This document shows, one piece after another, positions 43,265 to 51,957 of a DNA stretch of 61,879 bases. Both the position numbers and the translations under genes were made by a program. The notes below the pieces were generated by a model. That model was not told the origin of the DNA and searched no databases. It worked only from the letters and a program-made list of their open reading frames with translations. The stretch comes from Planctomycetota bacterium. GTDB lineage: Bacteria > Planctomycetota > PLA2. The DNA lies in the NCBI GenBank assembly GCA_036273915.1, contig DASUGR010000223.1:1-61879 (forward strand). Direction: 5' to 3'. How positions within the stretch are numbered: position 1 is the stretch's first letter; each line of letters begins with the position of its first letter.

Positions 43265-44293
43265 TCAGACCTCGCCGTTCAGGTACTTGCCGTGCTTCAT
43301 GATCGGCACGCCGTCGAACCAGACGTCGAAGTCGCGGCCGACCACGTCGATGTGGGTCTCGGAGGTCCAGTCGGCGCCCGTGTGCTCGCTGTACGGATGG
43401 CCGAACGCGATGTGGACGCCCGGGATCTTCTCGTCCTGGAGCATGTTGCCGATCACGTCGCGCACGGCCAGGTTCGTGCCGAGCGCGAACTCGCCGACGC
43501 GGTTGCCGTTCTCCGCGTGGGACACGTACCGGCGGAAATCCTCGAGCGCCTCCTCGTTGTCGCACTCGAGGTCGACGATCCGGCTGTCCGAGATCGTGAT
43601 CTTCAGCGGGTTTCGCCGCATGTCGCCGTGCTTCGGCGCGAGCCACGTCCCGAGCGATCCGTCGACCACGTACACGCCGTCGACGCGCGCCGGCGCGGTG
43701 AAGGTCTCGCCGCCGGGCAGGTTCCCCCACTTCTCGGGCGAGATGATGCCGGGCGTCGGGATCCACTTGAGCCTCTTGTCGAAGGTCGCCCGGATCGCGG
43801 TGCCCGCGGGGGTCTCGCACGTGATCTCCTTCGCCTCCTTCGCCTTCTCCCACACGCGCCGGGTCAGCTTCTCCACCTCGCGGAAGTCGGCACGCATCCC
43901 CTCGAGCATGATCCGATAGGTGATGCCCACCATGTGGCCGTGGCGCATCCTCTTCCGGTTGACGATCGAGGTCATGGCGCGCCGCATGGCCAGTTCGCCC
44001 GGCTGGGCGGAGGCGGTGAAGAGGGAGACGTCCGCCCACTCGAGGACCTTCTCCATCTCCATCGGCAGGTGCCGGAGCGGCCGCTCCGCCATGTCCTCGA
44101 GGACCACCGAGCGGAACTCCCCCGCGGCGCGGGCGAGCTGCGCGGCCAGCGCTGCCGCGATCTCCAGGGACCCGCGGTCGGCGATCAGGACGGCGCGCTC
44201 GTCGGGCTGGACCCCGAGGCAGACGCGTACGGCATTCCGGGCACCCTCGTCGAGGAGGGGATCGTACGAAAGATCGAGAAGCTCGCTCTTCAC
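43265..44293 (-). CDS. aminopeptidase, peptidase family M29 (AmpS/PepS-like)
   Basis: 342 aa. GNLPGGETFTAP and VHIAFGHPY...THIDVV are typical of M29 thermophilic-metalloprotease-type aminopeptidases. Confidence 0.8.
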   Translation of the reverse strand: MKSELLDLSYDPLLDEGARNAVRVCLGVQPDERAVLIADRGSLEIAAALAAQLARAAGEFRSVVLEDMAERPLRHLPMEMEKVLEWADVSLFTASAQPGELAMRRAMTSIVNRKRMRHGHMVGITYRIMLEGMRADFREVEKLTRRVWEKAKEAKEITCETPAGTAIRATFDKRLKWIPTPGIISPEKWGNLPGGETFTAPARVDGVYVVDGSLGTWLAPKHGDMRRNPLKITISDSRIVDLECDNEEALEDFRRYVSHAENGNRVGEFALGTNLAVRDVIGNMLQDEKIPGVHIAFGHPYSEHTGADWTSETHIDVVGRDFDVWFDGVPIMKHGKYLNGEV

Positions 44294-44315
44294 GATGAGA
44301 ACTATATCCCTCAGG

Positions 44316-44329
44316 CCCCCCGGCCCCCC
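44316..44329 (-). repeat. bipartite poly-G element copy (C-strand on +)
   Basis: C6-gg-C6 in the 58-nt gap between the YbdK-like and M29 genes. Confidence 0.55.
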
Positions 44330-44351
44330 ACAGTTCGGGGCAGAAGGGCGT

Positions 44352-45467
44352 TCACATGGGCGGGAGCCCGTGCTCCGTCTCCTTGATGATGTAGTCGACG
44401 ACGCTCTTCAGGTCGCCCTTCTCCCTGTAGGTGTGGACCTGGCGGTCCGCGCCGGTTCCGCGCGCGATGATCTCGCGGAGGTAGCCGAGCTCCGAACGGA
44501 CGCCCAGGTCGTCCACGACCTCGTCCACGAAATCGAGGATCTCGCCGATCAGCTGCGGGGTGTCGACCTCCTGCATCTTGCCGAGGTCGATGAGCTTGCC
44601 GGAGAGCCCCCACCGCGCCGCGCGCCAGCGGTTCTCCTGGATGAGCGAGCGCCGGTGGAGCCGGAAGGAGAGGTTTCTCTGGTGCAGGCAGTAGAGCTTC
44701 GCGACGAGCGCCTGGCAGAGCGCGGCGATCGCGACGGTCTCGTCCACGCGCATCGGCATGTCGCAGCACCGGAACTCGAGCGTCGGGAAGCGCCAGTGGG
44801 GCCGAAGGTCCCACCAGATCATCTTCCCGTCCTGGATCGAGTTCGTGCGGATCAGGTCCTTCACGAGCTCCTCGTACTCCGCGAAGCCGCCGTGGAACGC
44901 GTCCGGGATCCCGGTGCGGGGGAACTTCTCGAACACCTTCACGCGGTAGGACTTCCAGCCGGTCTCGCGGCCGGTCCAGAAGGGCGAGTTGACGGAGAGC
45001 GCGAGGATGTGCGGCACGAAGTAGCGCGCCATGTTGAAGATGTGGATGAGCGTCTCGCGATCCTCGATCCCCACGTGGATGTGGAGGCCGAAGATCAGGT
45101 TGGCGCGCGCGACGACCTGGAGGTCGTCGAGGATCTTGTTGTAGCGCTCGTTCTCGGTCGTGGCGACGTCGGCCCAGTGCGTGAACGGGTGCGTCCCCGC
45201 GGCCCCGATCCGCAGCCCGTGCTCGCGCGCGACGTTGCAGATCTGGGCACGCGTGTGCGTCACCTCGCGGCGCACCTCGGCGATGTCGCGGCAGACCTGC
45301 GAGCCGATCTCGACCACGCTCTGGTGCAGCTCGCGGCGGATCTTCTCGTGGAGCTGCATCTCGCCCGCCGCGAACATCTGCGAGATGTGCGAGCGGAGCT
45401 CCCGCGTCTCCGGGTCGATGACCTGGAGCTCCTCCTCGATGCCCAGCGTGAAGTTCGGCAGCCTCAC
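44352..45467 (-). CDS. carboxylate-amine ligase, YbdK / GCS2 family
   Basis: GTG 45467 overlaps the upstream stop (GTGA). Contains FTLGIEEELQVID, GTHPF, LHIHVG and NSPFW, the hallmark blocks of glutamate-cysteine-ligase family 2. Confidence 0.85.
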   Translation of the reverse strand: MRLPNFTLGIEEELQVIDPETRELRSHISQMFAAGEMQLHEKIRRELHQSVVEIGSQVCRDIAEVRREVTHTRAQICNVAREHGLRIGAAGTHPFTHWADVATTENERYNKILDDLQVVARANLIFGLHIHVGIEDRETLIHIFNMARYFVPHILALSVNSPFWTGRETGWKSYRVKVFEKFPRTGIPDAFHGGFAEYEELVKDLIRTNSIQDGKMIWWDLRPHWRFPTLEFRCCDMPMRVDETVAIAALCQALVAKLYCLHQRNLSFRLHRRSLIQENRWRAARWGLSGKLIDLGKMQEVDTPQLIGEILDFVDEVVDDLGVRSELGYLREIIARGTGADRQVHTYREKGDLKSVVDYIIKETEHGLPPM

Positions 45468-46396
45468 GGGGCGCGCTCCGGCCAGTTGCCCGTCATCTCG
45501 AGCTTGCGCGGCTCCTTCACCCTCCGGATGAGGAAATCGGCCGACTTGTCGAGGATCCACTTGAAGTTCGCCTCGCCGACGCTCGGGGACGCGGCGTCCG
45601 GGCACGGGTTCGTGAAGTCGATGGCGTACGGGACCCCGCCGCGCACGGCGAGCTCGACCGTGTTGAAGTCGTAGCCGAGCGCCTTGCAGAGGGCCCTGCA
45701 GTCGCGCTCCATGCGCGTCTTCAGCGCCTTGTCGATCGGCGGCGGGTTGCGCACGTACCGCTCGTGGAAGGGCGCCTTCGGGTCGTACCGCATCAGGTGC
45801 ACGTGCTCGCGGCCGAGCACGTAGCAGCGGTAGTACTCCTCGAAGACGATCTCCTCCTGCGCCATCATGCAGAGATCGCCCGTCTGCTCGTACGCGTGGA
45901 AGAACTCGTCCGGGTCCGCGCAGCGGTAGACGTGCTTCCAGCCGCCGCCGTTCGCCGGCTTCAGGTAGATCGGGAACTTGAGGTAATCGAAGACCTCCTC
46001 CCACTCGAGCGGGAAGCGGAGGTTGCTGAACGACGTGCCCTCGGTGCCCGGGGGGTGGCGCTTGTGCGGCAGCAGCACGGTGCGCGGCACCGCGACGCCC
46101 GCCTGTTCGGCGACGATCGTCCCGAAGTACTTGTCGTCGGCGGAGAACCAGTAGGGGTTGTTGACCACGTGCGCGCCCTGGCCGGCGGCCTGCTTCAGGA
46201 GCGTGCGATAGAAGGGGACCTCGTGGCTGATCCGGTCGAGGATCAGGTCGTACGGCAGCTTCTTGTCGATGCGCAGCGCGCCCACGACGAGCGGCTCGCA
46301 AAGGACCTCGCCCTTGCTCCTCCGGTTGATCTCCTGGGCGAGGGCGCCGGGAAACTCGCGCTCCATGCCGTACAGGAGGCCGATTCTCTTCGCCAT
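45464..46396 (-). CDS. ATP-grasp domain ligase (RimK / glutathione-synthetase-like)
   Basis: ATG 46396 after ggaggg. Contains FPIYLKPANGGGWKHVY, MMAQEEI and NTVELAVRGGVPYAIDFTN, the ATP-grasp strands. 310 aa. Confidence 0.8.
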   Translation of the reverse strand: MAKRIGLLYGMEREFPGALAQEINRRSKGEVLCEPLVVGALRIDKKLPYDLILDRISHEVPFYRTLLKQAAGQGAHVVNNPYWFSADDKYFGTIVAEQAGVAVPRTVLLPHKRHPPGTEGTSFSNLRFPLEWEEVFDYLKFPIYLKPANGGGWKHVYRCADPDEFFHAYEQTGDLCMMAQEEIVFEEYYRCYVLGREHVHLMRYDPKAPFHERYVRNPPPIDKALKTRMERDCRALCKALGYDFNTVELAVRGGVPYAIDFTNPCPDAASPSVGEANFKWILDKSADFLIRRVKEPRKLEMTGNWPERAP

Positions 46397-46540
46397 GAAG
46401 GCCCTCCGTTGGGCGCGGATCCTATCAAAAGGAGGAAGGGGAGGGGTTCCGGGGAACCCGCGCCGACGGCCCCCGGCATCGTCCGCCGAAACAACCCCCC
46501 CCGCTTCCCTTTCCTCCGCCGGTCGAGGAGACTTGGCCTC

Positions 46541-47254
46541 ATGGAGCGCCACTACGACACGTTCACATCCAAGAACCTCGGGGGCAGGAAGATCGAGTAC
46601 CTCTGGTTCGGCCGGGCGGGCCGCCCCCTGGTCATGTTCCCCACGTCGGGCGGGCGGTTCCACGAGAACGAGGATCGGAACCTCGTCGGCACGCTCTCCG
46701 ACTACGTGGACCAGGGGCGCCTCCAGATCTGCTGCATCGATGCGTTCAACGACGAGACATGGAACAACAGCCGCCTGCACCCGGCCGAGCGGGTGCAGCG
46801 CCACGACGTCTTCGACCGCTATCTGTCGGAGGAGCTCTTCCCGATGGTCGCGGCGCGGGCGGGGCGCGGCGACACGGCGGTGTACGGGTCGTCGATGGGC
46901 GGCTACCACGCGGTCAACTTCGCGGCGCGCCATCCGGAGCAGGTGAAGCGCTGCATCGCGCTGTCGGGGCTCTTCGACAACCGGCGGATGCTCGACGGCT
47001 TCTGGGACGACCTCTGCTACTACCACTGCCCGATGAGCTTCATCCCGAACATGGACGAGGGGTGGTGCCGCCGGCTCGCGCAGGTGGAGTGGGTGATCGC
47101 GACCGGCGAGACGGACAGCCTCGTGAACGAAACCCGCAACTTCACGCACGTGCTGCGGTCGAAGGGGATCCCGGTGCACTGCGAGGTGTGGCCCGGCGTG
47201 TTCGGCCACGACTGGCCCTTCTGGAAAGAGCACCTGCGGCGGTTCCTGCCGTAG
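46541..47254 (+). CDS. alpha/beta-hydrolase, 'putative esterase' family
   Basis: ATG 46541. Nucleophile elbow YGSSMGGYHA and a late GHDW histidine. It is divergent from the ATP-grasp gene. Confidence 0.75.
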   Translation: MERHYDTFTSKNLGGRKIEYLWFGRAGRPLVMFPTSGGRFHENEDRNLVGTLSDYVDQGRLQICCIDAFNDETWNNSRLHPAERVQRHDVFDRYLSEELFPMVAARAGRGDTAVYGSSMGGYHAVNFAARHPEQVKRCIALSGLFDNRRMLDGFWDDLCYYHCPMSFIPNMDEGWCRRLAQVEWVIATGETDSLVNETRNFTHVLRSKGIPVHCEVWPGVFGHDWPFWKEHLRRFLP

Positions 47255-47338
47255 GAACGCAGCGTCCCACCCCGCGCCGCGCCCCCCGTCGCCCCAAGAT
47301 GTCGATCCCGGAGCCCGGGTGCCGCACTAAAATATTGT

Positions 47339-47382
47339 TTGCAATCTTTTCACGGCGTGATACATTTTATTTCACGTCGTGA
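47339..47382 (+). promoter_or_regulatory. AT-rich sigma70-like promoter (TTGCAA-16-TACATT) with two TCACG-N-CGTGA palindromic operators
   Basis: ttgcaa at 47339-47344 and tacatt at 47361-47366. Palindrome 1, tcacggcgtga (47350-47360), fills the spacer. Palindrome 2, tcacgtcgtga (47372-47382), covers the GTG start at 47379. The centres are 22 bp apart. Confidence 0.45.
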
Positions 47383-48617
47383 ACAGTATTCGACCGCGCC
47401 TCCTCAAACCCGCGGTCCTGAAGGCGCTGTCCCGATTCCCCGTGGTCGTGGTCATGGGCGCGCGGCAGACCGGCAAGACCACGCTCGTGGCCGGCGGCGA
47501 GATCGCGAGGGGCCGGACCTACCGTGCGCTCGACGACTACGAGGTCCTCGAGCGCGCCACGACGAGCCCCGACGCCCTGCTGCAGGACGCCGAGCGGATG
47601 ACGATCGACGAGGTGCAGCAGACCCCGGATCTGCTTCGCGCGATCAAGCGGGCCGTCGACCGGTCCCGGGTGCCCGGCCGGTTCCTGCTCACGGGTTCGG
47701 CCAACCTCCTGATGATGCAGCGGATCTCGGAGAGCCTCGCCGGACGCGCCGTGTACCTCACGCTGTGGCCCATGACGGAGGCAGAAAAGCGCGATCGCGC
47801 GGGTGCATCGCCGTGGGACGCCTGGGTCGACGCGGCTGACGCGGGCGCCGCCCGCGGCCTGGCCGTGCCGCGAGCCGCCGTCGGAACGTGGCAGTCGCGC
47901 GCTCTCGCCGGCGGATACCCGCCCGCGGCCCTCTCGGCGGAGCCGGGCGCGCGAGCGCAGTGGTTCGACGGCTACGTGCGGACCTACCTCGAGCGCGACC
48001 TCCAGTCCATCTCGTCGATCTCGTTGCTTCCCGACTTTCGACGCCTCATGAAGCTAGCGTCGATCCGCGTCGGCCACGTCCTCAACCAGAGCGAGCTGGC
48101 GCGCGATGCCGCGCTCTCCGTGCCCACCGCCCACCGCTACCTCAACCTGCTGGAGACGTCGTACCAGATCGTGCGGCTCGCGGCGTACGCGACGAGCCGG
48201 ACGAAACGCCTCGTGAAGTCGCCGAAGCTCTACTGGACGGATACGGGCCTCGCCGCGCACCTGGCCGGCTTGCCTCCGGGAGCCGAGGAGGACATCCCGG
48301 GCGCGCTGCTCGAGAACCTCGTCCTGTTGCAGATCCTCGGCTGGCGGGAGACCGCCGTGCCGCGCCCGGAGATCCACTACTGGCGGACCCAATCCGGCGC
48401 CGAGGTGGACTTCGTGATCGAGTCGGGCCGGCGCCTCCTGCCGATCGAGGTGAAGGCCGCGCGAAGCGCACGTCCCTGCGACGCCAAGGGCCTCGAGGCG
48501 TTCCTCGACGACAACCCCGAGCGAGCGCCGTTCGGCATCCTTCTGTACGGCGGCCGCGAGGTCCTCGTCCTGACGGAGAGGATCCTCGCCGTGCCCTTGG
48601 ATTGCGTCTGGGGTTGA
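47379..48617 (+). CDS. AAA+ ATPase with C-terminal DUF4143 / PD-(D/E)xK-like module (COG1373-type)
   Basis: Walker A GARQTGKTT and Walker B MTIDEVQ. The C-terminal GAEVDFVIE...LLPIEVKA resembles a restriction-endonuclease-fold motif. Confidence 0.85.
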   Translation: MNSIRPRLLKPAVLKALSRFPVVVVMGARQTGKTTLVAGGEIARGRTYRALDDYEVLERATTSPDALLQDAERMTIDEVQQTPDLLRAIKRAVDRSRVPGRFLLTGSANLLMMQRISESLAGRAVYLTLWPMTEAEKRDRAGASPWDAWVDAADAGAARGLAVPRAAVGTWQSRALAGGYPPAALSAEPGARAQWFDGYVRTYLERDLQSISSISLLPDFRRLMKLASIRVGHVLNQSELARDAALSVPTAHRYLNLLETSYQIVRLAAYATSRTKRLVKSPKLYWTDTGLAAHLAGLPPGAEEDIPGALLENLVLLQILGWRETAVPRPEIHYWRTQSGAEVDFVIESGRRLLPIEVKAARSARPCDAKGLEAFLDDNPERAPFGILLYGGREVLVLTERILAVPLDCVWG

Positions 48618-48621
48618 GCGC

Positions 48622-48642
48622 AACGCGGGCACGCCCCGCGTT
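48622..48642 (+). terminator. 8-bp hairpin after the ATPase gene
   Basis: aacgcggg (48622-48629), loop cacgc, cccgcgtt (48635-48642). It ends 3 nt before the next ATG, so the role is uncertain. Confidence 0.35.
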
Positions 48643-48645
48643 ACG

Positions 48646-50118
48646 ATGGCCGCGCTGATGCGTGTCTTCGTGCTGCCCCTGCTGCTGGCCGCGGCCGCCG
48701 TGGCGCAGGACGAGGGCGGCCTCACGGTAAAGCCGCTCGCGCCGGATCCCGCGCGCGACGCGCGGATCGAGGAGCTGATCGCCCAGCTCCTGAAGATCGA
48801 GAAGCCCTACGACGGCATCACGTGCTCGTCTGGCGGCGGCGTCGGGTTCGACGCGCTTCGCGCGAACGAGGACACGCCGCCGGCGTTCCGCGAGCTGGTC
48901 CGGCTCGGCCCGGCCGCGATGCCGGCGCTGCTGAAGCACCTCGACGACAAGCGCGAGACGAAGCTGTCGCTCAGCTGGGTCGACGAGGACATGGGAAGCC
49001 GCATGTTCGCCAGACCGGAGATCCCCGCCATGAGCCCGGAGGAGCGCGTCCGCATCCGCCGCGTGCTCGGCCCGGCCGCGGAGAAGGAGGGCCCCGTCGA
49101 CGCCCCTCTCGTGGATCAGATCGAAAGCCACGCGGTCACCGTCGGCGACTGCTGCTTCGTGATCCTCGGGCAGATCGTCAACCGTTCCTACGAGGCCGTG
49201 CGCTACCAGCCATCGCTGCTCGCCATCGTGTCGAGCCCGACGCGGGAACCGAGGATCGCCAAGGTGCTGCGCGGCCGCTGGGGACGTGGCGACCCCCGAC
49301 AGATCCTCGCGGAATCGCTCCTCTACGACTTCCGCCAGAGGAAACGGCCGGGGATGTGGCCCGGCGCGGCGGAGCGCCTCCTGGTCTTCTTCCCGGAGTT
49401 CGGCGATGAGGTCGTCGCGAGGCGCATCGGATCCATCCGTTGGGACGACGGTTTCGAGGAGTACTGCGGCCACGAGCTGCTTCGCCGCGTCCTCCCGACG
49501 GGCCGCCCGCGCATCCGCGCCGCGTGGTTGGATCTCCTCGGTCCGGACCGCGCGCCTCAGACGCAGCTCTCCGGCATCCGGGCCCGGCCTGAGGACGCCG
49601 GGGACGACTTCCGGGACCGGGTGCGAGCCCTGCGCGACCGGCCGTCCGATGTCGACGTCGTGGTCGTGTGCGTCGCGGTCCTGAACGGCGAGAAGGCTCC
49701 GGCCACGTTCGCGTGGCTCAAGGGGGAATTCCCGAAGGTCGAGACGCGCGACGCCGAGAGGACCCGAGCGATCCTCGCCGCGCTCGCCGCCCTCGACGAG
49801 GACGAGAGCCTCCCGATCTTCCGCGCGCACATCGAGAAGCTCGCGGAATGGGGCTGGGGCAACGCGATCGTCGCGCTACGCGAGACGCCGCGGGCCAATC
49901 TGGCGGCCGCGCTCTTCCGGGCCAAGCTCGACGCGACCGACCCCGTCGGCCCGCACGTCGTGCCCGCGCCCGAGTGGGTGACGGGCGAGACGCGCTGGTG
50001 CGACCTGGCCGCGGCGGTCATCGCCCACGCGAGGCTCGAGCTCGGCTTCGATCCGAAGGCGACGGTCGAGGAGCGCGACCGCCGGATCGCCGCGATCCGC
50101 GCCGCGCTCGCGAAGTAG
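48646..50118 (+). CDS. secreted hypothetical protein
   Basis: Signal peptide MRVFVLPLLLAAAAVAQDEG. Coding-like composition, no recognised domain. Confidence 0.55.
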   Translation: MAALMRVFVLPLLLAAAAVAQDEGGLTVKPLAPDPARDARIEELIAQLLKIEKPYDGITCSSGGGVGFDALRANEDTPPAFRELVRLGPAAMPALLKHLDDKRETKLSLSWVDEDMGSRMFARPEIPAMSPEERVRIRRVLGPAAEKEGPVDAPLVDQIESHAVTVGDCCFVILGQIVNRSYEAVRYQPSLLAIVSSPTREPRIAKVLRGRWGRGDPRQILAESLLYDFRQRKRPGMWPGAAERLLVFFPEFGDEVVARRIGSIRWDDGFEEYCGHELLRRVLPTGRPRIRAAWLDLLGPDRAPQTQLSGIRARPEDAGDDFRDRVRALRDRPSDVDVVVVCVAVLNGEKAPATFAWLKGEFPKVETRDAERTRAILAALAALDEDESLPIFRAHIEKLAEWGWGNAIVALRETPRANLAAALFRAKLDATDPVGPHVVPAPEWVTGETRWCDLAAAVIAHARLELGFDPKATVEERDRRIAAIRAALAK

Positions 50119-50226
50119 CGCAAGCCTCTTTCGTCCCGCACGCAAGGAACTTCCGAGACACGCGACCCGGGCATCGGGCTATCGTGGGGGCACGCGGTTC
50201 GCAAGGCCACCGCGGGAGGTGAGGAC

Positions 50227-51441
50227 ATGAGGAGCCCGCTGCTGATCGGCCTCGTCTGGGCGGCGACCGTCGCCGTCGCGTTCCTGCTCGGAGGGCAACT
50301 GAAGCCGGAAGCCACCGCGCGCGACACGGCGCGTCCCCCGAGCGAGCACGCGCCCGCCCCGCTTCCGGCCCCCGAAGCCCCCCCGCGTGACGGCGCGCCG
50401 GAGACGCGCATCGCAAAAGAGCCGGCCGCCGCGCGGAGCGACGCGACGGTCGCGGCGGATTCCCTTCCCGTCGAGCCCGTGACCGTCGAGCCGGGCATGC
50501 AGCCGGCCGACCTCTCCTCGCTCTTCATGCGCTACGCCGAGAAGAAGCTCGCGGAGGGTCCCGAGGGCCACAAGGAGCTCTTCCGCGAGTTCGACCGGCT
50601 CGTGCGCGACAAGGAGGTCCGGAACCTCCTCCGCGACGAGCAGCAGGCGATGCCGCTCCTCTACCCGTGGGTCCGGTTCCTCGTGGACCACGACCGGCAG
50701 ATCATCGGGATGATGGAGACGATCTACAAGACCGCCGCCGAGGACCCGCAGTGGTTCCAGGGCCTCGACGACGATCCGCTGGAGATGTTCGCGGAGGGGC
50801 TCGCGCTGCTGCTGCCCGGCGCCACCGACGCGGAGCAGCTCGCGCGCTTCCGCGCCTACGCCGAGCAGATCGTCGCGCTGCCGAAGGAGTCGCTCCCGGA
50901 GGCGCTCCAGAAAAACCTCTCCGACATCCAGCGCGACATCGAGTGGTGGTCGCCGGCCGTGAAGCCCGAGGACCTCGCGAAGGCGCTCGAGGACCCCTCG
51001 GTCCCGGTCGCGAAGAAGATCGGCCTCCTGCGGAGGGCCTCGCCGGAGTCGCTCAGCGGCGTGGACGTGACGCCGGTGCTCGCCGCGGGGATCCGCGAGG
51101 GGAGCTCGCAGGCGCTGTACGTCGTCCAGCGGTTCCAGGGCTCCGTGTCCGTGCCGACGCTCGACGCCGCGTTCCTCGACGCGGTGGCCTCGGGCAGCCA
51201 GCAGTGGCACCAGATCGGCACCTACGCAAGCGTGACCGGGCGGAACACGTGGGAGACGGCCCGCCCGTTCGTCGACACCGGCCTCGCCCGCGGCGGCAAG
51301 ACGACCGAGGCGTTCGCGCAGAGCCTCTACCTCTTCCAGCACCTCGAGATCCCGAAGGAGTACGTGGCGAACGTGGTCACGAGCTACGCGCTCCCGGACG
51401 CGGTCCGGACACAGCTCAAGAAGCGGTTCGGGATCGAGTAG
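50227..51441 (+). CDS. membrane-anchored hypothetical protein
   Basis: ATG after gggaggtgagg. N-terminal TM segment LLIGLVWAATVAVAFLLGG. No recognised domain. Confidence 0.55.
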   Translation: MRSPLLIGLVWAATVAVAFLLGGQLKPEATARDTARPPSEHAPAPLPAPEAPPRDGAPETRIAKEPAAARSDATVAADSLPVEPVTVEPGMQPADLSSLFMRYAEKKLAEGPEGHKELFREFDRLVRDKEVRNLLRDEQQAMPLLYPWVRFLVDHDRQIIGMMETIYKTAAEDPQWFQGLDDDPLEMFAEGLALLLPGATDAEQLARFRAYAEQIVALPKESLPEALQKNLSDIQRDIEWWSPAVKPEDLAKALEDPSVPVAKKIGLLRRASPESLSGVDVTPVLAAGIREGSSQALYVVQRFQGSVSVPTLDAAFLDAVASGSQQWHQIGTYASVTGRNTWETARPFVDTGLARGGKTTEAFAQSLYLFQHLEIPKEYVANVVTSYALPDAVRTQLKKRFGIE

Positions 51442-51444
51442 GCG

Positions 51445-51472
51445 AATCGGGGGGGGCTCGGGGGCCTGGCCC
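51445..51472 (+). repeat. bipartite poly-G element copy (G-strand on +)
   Basis: aatc-G8-ctc-G5-cctggccc, starting 4 nt after the stop at 51441. Compare the copy at 43235. Confidence 0.65.
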
Positions 51473-51495
51473 GCAGAATACCGATAGAGGAGAAG

Positions 51496-51948
51496 GTGCA
51501 GCCCCCCGGCCCCCCCACGATCGACGAGCTCCAGGAGGAGTTCCGCGCGAAGCAGGAGCGCGACCTCGCGCGGGCGCACGCACGGGAGAAGGCCCGTCGC
51601 CGGAACGGCACGATCGCTGGAGCCGCCGCCGGCCTCGCGGCGGTCGCGGTCACCGCGGGCGCCACGCGCACGGCGCTCTTCTGGCACTCGTTCCTCCTCG
51701 AGGCGGTCCTCGGCGCGGTCGCGGGCTACGTGCTCGCGCGCACCGGCGGCGGGCTGCTCAAGGGGATCGTTCTCTTTTCGGGCGCGTACATGCTCGCGTT
51801 CTTCCTGCGCGCGTCAGGCCTCGACCCGGCGGCCGTGTTCCAGGCGGGCGACATCCGCGCCGCGCCGGCCGTCCAGGGCCACTTCACGAGCCTCTGCTTC
51901 CTCGTGAGCGCGGGCGCGGCGATGGGCCATATCGTGGCCGACCGCTAG
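51496..51948 (+). CDS. small integral membrane protein, unknown function
   Basis: 150 aa with a charged N-terminus followed by 3-4 hydrophobic segments. It ends 10 nt before glgB. Confidence 0.5.
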   Translation: MQPPGPPTIDELQEEFRAKQERDLARAHAREKARRRNGTIAGAAAGLAAVAVTAGATRTALFWHSFLLEAVLGAVAGYVLARTGGGLLKGIVLFSGAYMLAFFLRASGLDPAAVFQAGDIRAAPAVQGHFTSLCFLVSAGAAMGHIVADR

Positions 51949-51957
51949 AATGCCTCC

